Assembly: GCA_900551855.1 (NCBI GenBank)
Contig: URXM01000006.1
Location: 3,185-67,184, forward strand
Origin: an uncultured Eubacteriales bacterium
Lineage (GTDB): Bacteria > Bacillota > Clostridia > Christensenellales > UBA1242
Length of the DNA: 64,000 nucleotides
Reading direction: 5' to 3'
Shown here: positions 56,530-64,000 of the stretch, one piece after another
How the letters are laid out: each line of letters opens with the position of its first letter
How positions within the stretch are numbered: the first letter of the stretch is position 1
Notes under the pieces: generated by a model
What the model saw: the letters and a program-made list of their open reading frames with translations, nothing else
The model's database searches: none
What the model was told of the DNA's origin: nothing
Program-made: the position numbers and the translations under genes

Positions 56530-57972
56530 ATGGCTTTTTGTAAATATTCTATTGATATGTTGGCAAACAACAGTACCGCAGTTGATAACATTTTTATCAA
56601 CAACTATCTTCCTTATGCAGATTCAAATTATGTAAAAGTTTATTTGTATGGATTGTATAAATGCCAAGACAGCAACAGCAGAGACAACACATTAGAAAAT
56701 TTTTCAAACGAACTTAATTTATCTCAAGAAGAAATTGAAAAAGCATTTTATTATTGGCAAGAACAAGGACTTGTCCAAATTTTGAATGTTATACCATTTG
56801 AAGTGAGATATTTGCCTATAAGTGATGTTTTGAACAACACAAAAAAATATAATGCCAAAAAATACGAATCATTCAATGCACAAGCTCAAGAAATTTTGTG
56901 CGGAAGAATGATTACACCAAACGAATATAGAGAATATTACGACATAATAGAACGCTTGCATATGGAAAAAGAAGCGCTTCTTATGATAATAAATTATTGC
57001 GTAAATGTAAAAGGAAACAATGTCGGCTACGCATACATCACAACAATTGCAAAAGATTGGGCAAATCAAAAAATAACAACAGCAAAACAAGTTGAAGAAC
57101 GCTTAATAGAATTTGAAAACTTGCAAACAGGCATAGAATATCTGTTTAAACTTATGGGGTTGAAGCGTTTGCCTAACATCGAAGAAAGAACTTTATATCA
57201 AAAATGGACACAACAAGGATTTGATGATGAAGTTTTGAATTATGTTGCAAAGAAAATCAAATCAAAAAATAAAGCAAGTTTTCAATATATGGACAATGTT
57301 TTGGATAAATATTATGCAAACAAGCTTTTCTCTGTTAATGAAATAGAACTTTTTGAAGAAGAAAAAGCAAAATCAATGCAAATCGCTAGAAGTCTTACAA
57401 AAAATCTTGGGCTTTACTATGAAAATCTTGAACCAGTTGTTGACAATTATATCTTTAACTGGATAAATTTGGGTTTCTCCGAAAAAATGTTGGAAGAAAT
57501 TTCAAATTATTGTTTCAAAACAAATGTTAGAACACTTGAAGGTATGAACAAAGTCCTTGAAAAATTCCATAAACTAGGCATTTTGACAGAAAAATCACTG
57601 GCAGAATACTTCAATGAAGTTTTGTCTGTTGACAAAAAAATCAAAGAACTTTTGGAAAACATCGGGCTTTCAAGAAATGTCAACCAGTTTGACAGAGACA
57701 AATACAAAATTTGGAAAGAAGTTTGGAAATTGCCAGAAGATGTAATTTATTACGCCTGCACCCTTGCTGTTGGGAAAGAACAACCTATGCAATATCTTTC
57801 AAGCGTACTGTCAACTTTCCATGATAAAAACATCAAAACTGTTGAAGATGCAAAAAATTCATTTAATATTTTAAGCAAAACGGAAAATAAATCAAATTTT
57901 TCAACTGGAAGGACATATTCCAAAGAAGAAATGAATGCTCTGTTTCAATCAATTGAAGAAATTGAAATTTAA
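56530..57972 (+). CDS. DnaD-domain replication initiation/membrane attachment protein (Bacillus DnaB-type)
   Basis: 480 aa with repeated DnaD/DnaB_2-like segments (YITTIAKDWANQKITT, YLSSVLSTFHDKNIKT). It lies immediately upstream of dnaI, as in B. subtilis. Confidence 0.7.
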   Translation: MAFCKYSIDMLANNSTAVDNIFINNYLPYADSNYVKVYLYGLYKCQDSNSRDNTLENFSNELNLSQEEIEKAFYYWQEQGLVQILNVIPFEVRYLPISDVLNNTKKYNAKKYESFNAQAQEILCGRMITPNEYREYYDIIERLHMEKEALLMIINYCVNVKGNNVGYAYITTIAKDWANQKITTAKQVEERLIEFENLQTGIEYLFKLMGLKRLPNIEERTLYQKWTQQGFDDEVLNYVAKKIKSKNKASFQYMDNVLDKYYANKLFSVNEIELFEEEKAKSMQIARSLTKNLGLYYENLEPVVDNYIFNWINLGFSEKMLEEISNYCFKTNVRTLEGMNKVLEKFHKLGILTEKSLAEYFNEVLSVDKKIKELLENIGLSRNVNQFDRDKYKIWKEVWKLPEDVIYYACTLAVGKEQPMQYLSSVLSTFHDKNIKTVEDAKNSFNILSKTENKSNFSTGRTYSKEEMNALFQSIEEIEI

Positions 57973-57981
57973 GGAGAAAAT

Positions 57982-58875
57982 ATGAAGCAAGAAATTGTTC
58001 GAGATGCTTTGGCTGTAATACAACAAAAAAAGAGAGATGCAGAGGCAGAATATAATGCCAAAATTTCTCCTATGCTCAATGACAAAAATTACAACGAAGC
58101 ATTCAAAACATACACAAAAATTCAAATAGAAAATGCCAGGAAAAGTGCCTATGGTGAGAAACAAGATTTGCAAAGCGAAAAACTAGCTTTAGAAAATCTT
58201 AATAAGATAAAAACAAAATATGGCTTGCAAAACGAAAAAATAAACTATTCTTGCAAAAAGTGTAATGATGAAGGCTATGTAAATGGTCAAATGTGCACTT
58301 GTTTAAAACAAGAAATCTCAAAAATCATACTTAAAAACAGTGGATTTGAAGAACTTAAAGACTTTGACACAGAAATCAAAACAGCTGAAGAACTTCAACC
58401 TGTTTATAAACTTATGAAACAATGGTGCCACAGCAATTTCAAAAAAAATTTGATTTACATTGCCGGACCTACTGGCGTTGGAAAAACATATCTTATCAGT
58501 TGTATGGCAAACGAACTTATAAATCAAGGTAAAATTGTGAAAATTGTTTCTGCTCCAAACATGAGCATAGAACTCAAAGAATTTACAAAATACCAAGATA
58601 CAGAATTGATCAAAAAATATCTTTCTTGTGAAGTTTTGTTTATTGATGACCTTGGCACAGAAACATTGTTTAAAAATTCAACATTAGAAAACATTTATCT
58701 TATTATAAATGAAAGAAAGATCAGAAAACTTCCAACAGTCATAACAAGCAACCTAGCTTTAAATGATTTAGGTGCTGTTTATGGTGAAAGAATTTATTCA
58801 AGAATTGTTGATAGAGAAACTTCAATTACTATCTATTTGGACGGAGAAGATAAAAGATTAAAAAATAATTTTTAA
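57982..58875 (+). CDS. dnaI: primosomal helicase loader DnaI/DnaC-like AAA+ ATPase
   Basis: N-terminal zinc motif CKKCNDEGY...CTC, Walker [11 protein letters not shown] and Walker B LFIDDLGTE. Confidence 0.8.
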   Translation: MKQEIVRDALAVIQQKKRDAEAEYNAKISPMLNDKNYNEAFKTYTKIQIENARKSAYGEKQDLQSEKLALENLNKIKTKYGLQNEKINYSCKKCNDEGYVNGQMCTCLKQEISKIILKNSGFEELKDFDTEIKTAEELQPVYKLMKQWCHSNFKKNLIYIAGPTGVGKTYLISCMANELINQGKIVKIVSAPNMSIELKEFTKYQDTELIKKYLSCEVLFIDDLGTETLFKNSTLENIYLIINERKIRKLPTVITSNLALNDLGAVYGERIYSRIVDRETSITIYLDGEDKRLKNNF

Positions 58876-58943
58876 TTATTAAATATTATAATAAATAATT
58901 AAATAATAAATAAAATTAAAATTTTTAATAATAAAAACAAAAA

Positions 58944-58975
58944 AAAATCGCAAAAAATGCGATTTTTCTTTATTT
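58944..58975 (+). terminator. terminator after dnaI
   Basis: Hairpin aaaatcgca-aaaaa-tgcgatttt followed by a T-rich run. Confidence 0.6.
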
Positions 58976-59079
58976 TACGAGCAAATAAATATCTAAATAT
59001 TATTTTTTATTATTATTTTTAATATTTTTTATAAATAAATATTATTAAAATAATTATTAAATAAAATAATAAATAATTT

Positions 59080-59691
59080 TTATCTGCTTAAAAATTTTAT
59101 CCATAATTTAGCAACTTTATCTTGTGCTATTTTTTCGTTGTCTGCTCCGTGTCCAGAGTGCATAACTGTGTAATTTTTATTCAAAAGATATTCAAGGCTT
59201 TCTACCATCTTCAATTTGCTTCCGCCATATAAATCAATCCTGCCCATATCTCTGCCTATCAAAACATCCCCAACAAAAATTTCATCATCAACAATATAAC
59301 ACATGTCGCTTTTGCTGTGCCCACCAAGATGTTGATATTCGATTTCAAAATCGCCCAATTTTATCTTTCCATTTTGTTTTAAGAACACAAAACCGGAAAA
59401 GTCATCTATCTTAAATTGCCCTTCGCTGTAATTATATTCTGGATTCTGTAAATATTCTTTTGCTTCTTTAGAGCAATAGATTTCACAACCAAAAAGATTT
59501 TTATAACTCTCAACATAATAACAATGATCATAATGTCCATGAGTTAAAAAAATTCCAACCACCTTTTTATTGCCAACAACTTTTTCAATTATTTCTGGTT
59601 CTACCCCTGCATCTATAATGATGCAACTATCTTTATGAGAAACAACAAAAACATTGCTTGAAATAAGTTTACTTTCAAATCTTTCTATCAT
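59080..59691 (-). CDS. MBL-fold metallo-hydrolase
   Basis: THGHYDHC (HxHxDH) motif. The likely start is MIERFESK at 59691. Confidence 0.8.
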   Translation of the reverse strand: MIERFESKLISSNVFVVSHKDSCIIIDAGVEPEIIEKVVGNKKVVGIFLTHGHYDHCYYVESYKNLFGCEIYCSKEAKEYLQNPEYNYSEGQFKIDDFSGFVFLKQNGKIKLGDFEIEYQHLGGHSKSDMCYIVDDEIFVGDVLIGRDMGRIDLYGGSKLKMVESLEYLLNKNYTVMHSGHGADNEKIAQDKVAKLWIKFLSR

Positions 59692-59782
59692 TTTACATCT
59701 CCAAAAACACATTTAGTATAGCAAGAAATTGAATTTTAAGCAAATTAAATTTGTAAAATATTTGCTATTTTAAGTTTTTTTA

Positions 59783-59812
59783 TTGACAGTTTGCACAGAT
59801 TTATAGTAAAAT
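59783..59812 (+). promoter_or_regulatory. promoter of tRNA-Trp
   Basis: TTGACA (59783..59788), an 18-nt spacer and TAAAAT (59807..59812). Confidence 0.6.
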
Positions 59813-59836
59813 AAGAAAGCATTGAAAAGAACATTT

Positions 59837-59910
59837 AGGGGTGTAGTTCATCGGTAGAATGAGAGTCTCCAAAACTCCAGAGGAGGGTTCGATTCCTTCC
59901 ACCCCTGCCA
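59837..59910 (+). tRNA. tRNA-Trp (anticodon CCA), CCA encoded
   Basis: Acceptor AGGGGTG/CACCCCT, anticodon loop CTCCAAA, T loop TTCGATT, discriminator G plus CCA. Confidence 0.92.
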
Positions 59911-59917
59911 AAAATAA

Positions 59918-59953
59918 AAAAAACCTTAAATTTCTATTTAAGGTTTTTATTTT
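59918..59953. terminator. bidirectional terminator after tRNA-Trp and the DUF378 gene
   Basis: Hairpin aaaaaccttaaat-ttct-atttaaggttttt with a 13-bp perfect stem. Confidence 0.75.
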
Positions 59954-60173
59954 TATTGCTATATCCCAAATCTAACATTCCTTTTGAAATAATTGGAGAA
60001 ATAATCAACCAAATGGCAGCAAGCGCAATAAGAACATAAATTGCAATTCCCCAACCATTTCTATAGCCCATACACATCCAAGTGACAAGGTCAAAGTTGA
60101 AAATTCCTACAAGCCCCCAATTCAACGCACCAATCAATGTCAAAACATAGGCAATGTAATTTACAATAATCAT
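59934..60173 (-). CDS. DUF378-family small membrane protein
   Basis: LTLIGALNWGLVGIFNFDLV motif and two TM helices. Confidence 0.75.
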   Translation of the reverse strand: MIIVNYIAYVLTLIGALNWGLVGIFNFDLVTWMCMGYRNGWGIAIYVLIALAAIWLIISPIISKGMLDLGYSNKNKNLK

Positions 60174-60246
60174 ATTCCCTCCTCACTGTTAAGATTTGCA
60201 AAGAGAAAATAATTATTCGTAAAACAGAAAACAAACATTCAAAACA

Positions 60247-61074
60247 TTATTGATAATATTTATTGATGTTTTTATTTCTCCAATCTTTATCCACTTTGAC
60301 AAACAACTTCAAAAAACATTGTTTTTGAAGCAAATTTTCAACATATTTTCTAGTCTCTTGCCCCAATTTTTTCAACACAGAACCATTTTTGCCGATAATG
60401 ATACCCTTATGTTGTTCTCTCTCACAGATTATTTCTGCTTCAATTTTGACTAAATCAGTCATTTCTTCAAAATTTGTTATTTCAACAGCAATTCCGTGAG
60501 GTATTTCTTTATCGATATTGTTCAACAAAAAACCACGAATCTTTTCACAGATCAAAAATGAAATGCTTTTATCTGTATAAAGATCATCTTCATAAATTTG
60601 TTGATTTTCTGGCAACAATTCAACAATTTTATCTAACAATTTCCCAGTATTCTCACCGCTTGTCACAGAAATATGCATTGCATCAATGTTGTTTTTTATT
60701 TGCTTTTTATCAGCCTTGGTTTGAACCAAAATCAGTTTATCTATTTTCTGCTTTAACATATCGATATACTGCATTTCTTCTTCATCTACATTTTTTGAAC
60801 CATCAAAAAGATAAAGAACAACGTCAGCCCCAGCCAAAGCACTTCTCACATTTTTCATCATAAATTTGTCCAAATTGTTTTGACTGTGATGAATCCCTGG
60901 AGTGTCTATAAAGATTATTTGATAATCTTCTCCATTTTTAATGCCCAAAATGGAATTTCTTGTTGTTTGTCTTCTGTGAGAAACAATAGACACTTCTTCT
61001 CCCACATAAAAATTTACCAAACTGCTTTTCCCTGCATTAGGTTGACCTAAAACGGCAACATAACCACATTTCAT
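60247..61074 (-). CDS. era: GTPase Era
   Basis: G1 GQPNAGKSS, G3 DTPG, G4 TKADK and a C-terminal KH domain (GIIIGKNGSVLKKLG). Confidence 0.9.
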   Translation of the reverse strand: MKCGYVAVLGQPNAGKSSLVNFYVGEEVSIVSHRRQTTRNSILGIKNGEDYQIIFIDTPGIHHSQNNLDKFMMKNVRSALAGADVVLYLFDGSKNVDEEEMQYIDMLKQKIDKLILVQTKADKKQIKNNIDAMHISVTSGENTGKLLDKIVELLPENQQIYEDDLYTDKSISFLICEKIRGFLLNNIDKEIPHGIAVEITNFEEMTDLVKIEAEIICEREQHKGIIIGKNGSVLKKLGQETRKYVENLLQKQCFLKLFVKVDKDWRNKNINKYYQ

Positions 61075-61529
61075 CTTTCAACTCCAAATTTGTTTAATAT
61101 AGAATTCGCTGTTTTCATCATCAATTTTTCATCTTCTGGTTCTATATGATCATAGCCAAGCAAATGCAAAAGTCCGTGAAGTGCCAAAAAGCAAACTTCT
61201 CTTTTTTTGCTATGCCCATATTCTTTTGCTTGATTGTATGCCACCTTCTTGCAAATGACTATATCCCCCAAGAATAAAACCCCATCTTCATCCAAATCAA
61301 ATTCTTTAAGACTTTGAGTTGGTTTTTTGTCAAGGTTTGGAAACGACAAAACATCTGTCACTCTGTCAACATTACGGAATTTTTTGTTAAGGGATTTTAT
61401 TTCTTCTTCATCAATAAAATTGATTGAAACATTCACTTTGCTAAAATCTTCTTTCAAAACTTCCTGTGCAACATTAAACAATTTTGATATTTTGTTTTTA
61501 TAAGGAAATATTTTTCCATCAATAATCAT
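61071..61529 (-). CDS. ybeY: rRNA maturation endoribonuclease YbeY
   Basis: HGLLHLLGYDH zinc motif. The ATG at 61529 overlaps the yqfD stop codon (ATGA). Confidence 0.88.
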   Translation of the reverse strand: MIIDGKIFPYKNKISKLFNVAQEVLKEDFSKVNVSINFIDEEEIKSLNKKFRNVDRVTDVLSFPNLDKKPTQSLKEFDLDEDGVLFLGDIVICKKVAYNQAKEYGHSKKREVCFLALHGLLHLLGYDHIEPEDEKLMMKTANSILNKFGVER

Positions 61530-62656
61530 ACTGCTCCTCCAATCTGTTCTGCTGTGACAATGCAATAATTGACAATAGTCACCCCAGACAAATATCTCAA
61601 TGTATAAAACTCATCTATTATTTTATCACAATTATCACAATTTTCCAACGCTTTTTCTTTTGCTTTTGCAATATATTCTTCTCTTACATCTTCAAACTTG
61701 CTTTCAATCACCTTTTCTTCAAGTTCATAATATATTGTTTTTTTCATTTTAAATGGCAAAAATAGATTGCTCGTCAAGTCAACATCTTCATATTCAACTT
61801 CATACATATCAAAATTTACATCTTCCACAAAATTGTAAATTGCAAGTCCAAACAAAGTCACAACATTTTGCTCAACTTTTCTTCCTGTCCTTTCAACTTG
61901 AATATATTTTTCATAATGGTCGCAACTCCCTTCATTGTAAACCTCTGCAAAAACTTCCCCTTTTGCCTCTACCTTTTGAATCTCTCCAGACGCATCAACA
62001 ACATAAGGTTCTATCAAAACATCACCTTTTTTTACGATGTCACCGACCTTTACTTTGGCAGTGCCAGAAATTAAGTTTATTTCAGTAATTTTCCCATCTT
62101 TTTGCGAAACAACAGGAGAAAACTCTCCATAAATTTCATCAGGCCACAACTTTTCTTTGATATTGATAACCAAAGTTTGTCCCTTAATAATGCATGAGAC
62201 AAAGCTTATCTCATCAAATTCTTGCATAAGTCCAAGTTCTATATCTTCCGCAGAAATTTTGTTTTTATTGTTTGAATAATTATTTTTTACATAAGCCATT
62301 ATCTCTGTGTTATCAAGTTTTTCCAAACCATTTATTTCATATTGCCAAACAAATTGATTTTGAACAAAATAAACGGCAAAAAAAAGAACAATTGCACAAA
62401 TAAGGCCATAAGAAGTGATTATTTTTTTTAAATTATAGGCTGGTCCAAAATGTTCGATTGAAACAATTTCCACATTTTTTTCTTTTAAAAATTTCTCTAC
62501 TTTCTTTTGGTCAAAATAAGAGCACACAAAAGTTGTCTCATTTTTATTTTTTCTTTCAATATCACTTAATGAAACTTGTTTGCATAATGTGTTTAACAAT
62601 TTTTCTTGATTCAAACTGTTTATAAAAAATTTTGTTTGATTTTTGAATTTCATCAA
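61526..62656 (-). CDS. yqfD: sporulation protein YqfD
   Basis: 376 aa with a single central TM helix. It lies directly downstream of yqfC and upstream of ybeY/era, as in Bacillus and Clostridium. Confidence 0.7.
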   Translation of the reverse strand: MMKFKNQTKFFINSLNQEKLLNTLCKQVSLSDIERKNKNETTFVCSYFDQKKVEKFLKEKNVEIVSIEHFGPAYNLKKIITSYGLICAIVLFFAVYFVQNQFVWQYEINGLEKLDNTEIMAYVKNNYSNNKNKISAEDIELGLMQEFDEISFVSCIIKGQTLVINIKEKLWPDEIYGEFSPVVSQKDGKITEINLISGTAKVKVGDIVKKGDVLIEPYVVDASGEIQKVEAKGEVFAEVYNEGSCDHYEKYIQVERTGRKVEQNVVTLFGLAIYNFVEDVNFDMYEVEYEDVDLTSNLFLPFKMKKTIYYELEEKVIESKFEDVREEYIAKAKEKALENCDNCDKIIDEFYTLRYLSGVTIVNYCIVTAEQIGGAV

Positions 62657-62916
62657 ATTTGCTCCACCTTCTTGATAATCCCAGATATTTTGATAGTATT
62701 TTCGCTCAGTTCTGCCAAAATCATATCTTGTCCTTCAACAATAATAGCTCCTTTTTTAACCTTAAAAGAAATCAATTCTTTGGACAAACTAACCAATCCA
62801 GTGTGCCCCTCAACATAAAGCAACCGCCCAGAAACATTGATAATATTGAAACTGTCAAAATCAAAATCATTAGAATTTTTTATATTTTCTTTTATCTCAC
62901 CCAAAAAATTGAACAT
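62653..62916 (-). CDS. yqfC: sporulation protein YqfC
   Basis: 87 aa, with ...NVSGRLLYVEGHTGLVSLSKELISFKVKKGAIIVEGQDMILAELSENTIKISGIIKKVE, typical of YqfC. It overlaps yqfD by 4 nt. Confidence 0.7.
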   Translation of the reverse strand: MFNFLGEIKENIKNSNDFDFDSFNIINVSGRLLYVEGHTGLVSLSKELISFKVKKGAIIVEGQDMILAELSENTIKISGIIKKVEQI

Positions 62917-62993
62917 AACTCACCTATAATATTTTTCAAGATATTATATGATTGTGTGATTGTTAAAAGAAGATAAAATAAAAAAAGAAGATA

Positions 62994-63626
62994 TCAATCT
63001 TCTTTATCATCATATTTTTTTTTGCCCAAAATATCAGTCATCAAAATTTCTTGTGCCTTTGGAGGTAGTGTTTTAATAAGTTCTGCAATTTCTTCATCGC
63101 TTTTACCTTTCAAAGAATTATAATCAAAATTCATCAATGCATCAAGTTCGTCATTATTTTCTTCTTCATCATAAGAGTTTTCGTCGTAAGAATCTTCATC
63201 ATCATCTTCAGAATCCAAATTCTCTTTTAAGAATTTTTCATACTCTGCAAACTTTTTGTCAAAAAATTCTTCATCACTTTCTTCAAAATCATTGTTTTCA
63301 TCTTGAGAATTAAATGGAATGAAATTGTCATCAAGATCTCCGTTTTGTGATGTTTTATTGTCTGTATTTTTATTTGTTGGTTTGCTATCTAATGAAAAAT
63401 CTTCCAATACAACATTCATTTTCTTTTTTTCTTCTGGAGTTTTCTCAATTTCTTGAGACAAACTCAAAGCAGTTTCATCATTTTTAATTATTTTCTCCGC
63501 CTGCTCTGCCCTTGTCTTTTTGAAATTGTCTAATTGTTTTTTATCTTTTTTCTTTCTTAAAACAAAAAACAAAACAATGCCTAAAATGACCAAAACAATA
63601 GCACATACATAAATAATTGTATACAT
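62994..63626 (-). CDS. hypothetical membrane-anchored acidic protein
   Basis: N-terminal TM helix MYTIIYVCAIVLVILGIVLFFVL followed by a D/E-rich tail. It occupies the slot between floA and yqfC. Confidence 0.6.
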   Translation of the reverse strand: MYTIIYVCAIVLVILGIVLFFVLRKKKDKKQLDNFKKTRAEQAEKIIKNDETALSLSQEIEKTPEEKKKMNVVLEDFSLDSKPTNKNTDNKTSQNGDLDDNFIPFNSQDENNDFEESDEEFFDKKFAEYEKFLKENLDSEDDDEDSYDENSYDEEENNDELDALMNFDYNSLKGKSDEEIAELIKTLPPKAQEILMTDILGKKKYDDKED

Positions 63627-63650
63627 AATAAACCTCCCAAATTTGAAGTA

Positions 63651-64000
63651 TTATTTGCTATTTTTGCCTATCAAATGCCTTCTCATTTCAGTGTCTGCTT
63701 GCAAATTTTGTAGTTTATAATAATCAACTACATCTTTCATCTTACCTTCTTTAATTGCCTCAACAACAGCCTTTGGAACTTCAGCTTCTTTTTCGATAAC
63801 CTTTGCACGCATCTCTTCTGCTTTTGCTTTCATCTCTTGCTCAACTGCAAGAGCAATAAGTCTTCTGTGTTCAAGTTGATTAGCTTTAAGGATTCTATCC
63901 TTTTCAATTTGTTCTTTCTCTGCAGATAAGCCCCTATTATTGCCCAAATCTACATGAATAACATCAGCAGAAACCAAATCATATTTAGAATCATCATCTA
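63651..64000 (-). CDS. floA: flotillin-like protein FloA (YqfA), C-terminal part; 5' part runs off the right edge
   Basis: EQEMKAKAEEMRAKVIEKEAEVPKAVVEAIKEGKMKDVVDYYKLQNLQADTEMR matches the FloA C-terminus as I remember it. The frame stays open to the window edge. Confidence 0.8.
   Translation of the reverse strand, partial: DDDSKYDLVSADVIHVDLGNNRGLSAEKEQIEKDRILKANQLEHRRLIALAVEQEMKAKAEEMRAKVIEKEAEVPKAVVEAIKEGKMKDVVDYYKLQNLQADTEMRRHLIGKNSK

Noticed and set aside
58876-59079. ~200-bp intergenic stretch that is almost pure A/T, with recurring ATAATAAATAATT-like words flanking the dnaI terminator; considered as a replication-origin DUE or a tandem repeat
   Set aside because: There are no DnaA boxes and no clean repeat unit. 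The word recurrences are what low-complexity A/T sequence would produce. It is most simply a spacer between convergent genes.
60287-60295. DnaA-box-like TTATCCACT
   Set aside because: It is a single 8/9 match inside the era coding region with no cluster and no adjacent dnaA or dnaN.
1-64000. CRISPR arrays, rRNA genes, IS elements, transposases or integrases
   Set aside because: I saw no regularly spaced direct repeats, no rRNA-like conserved segments, and no ORF with recombinase or transposase motifs (DDE, tyrosine or serine recombinase) in either the track or the gaps.

Overview
This is an AT-rich, low-GC Firmicutes (Clostridia-type) chromosomal segment. The sporulation genes ytxC, yqfC and yqfD, floA, PFOR and the rubredoxin/rubrerythrin genes point to an anaerobic spore-former. 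Most of the window is ordinary housekeeping. It holds a type IIA topoisomerase B/A pair, murG, the tex-miniMcsA-mcsB-clpC-hpf stress cluster, dinB, yajC-secD-secF, and thrS with a T-box leader. It also holds truA, PFOR, glmS, rsmD, alr, Bacillus-type dnaB/dnaI loader genes, and the yqfC-yqfD-ybeY-era cluster. There are two tRNAs, Lys-CTT and Trp-CCA. I saw no rRNA, CRISPR array, transposase or integrase. The stand-out is an ~8.2 kb insertion directly 3' of tRNA-Lys (41328..49575). It is bounded by an 11-bp direct repeat of the tRNA 3' end and looks more AT-rich than its flanks. It carries only a translationally coupled two-gene operon. The upstream gene encodes a 1007-aa protein with no motif I can recognise. 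The downstream gene encodes a 1578-aa DEAH-box SF2 helicase with several zinc-ribbon insertions and a C-terminal DUF1998/MZB Cys4 domain. I read this as a candidate anti-phage defence system. Its architecture resembles Druantia type III (DruH-DruE), but whether the partner belongs to that family or is new cannot be decided without searches. An orphan Arc-type RHH gene, a C9 homopolymer tract and an HD-domain gene sit around the island. Secondary observations:
- a 51-aa minimal McsA
- a PerR-like palindrome over the -10 of a rubredoxin/rubrerythrin-fusion operon
- a possibly leaderless 1596-aa GLUG-repeat surface protein
- a truncated cytidylate-kinase-like gene
- a 24-codon hydrophobic ORF upstream of yajC
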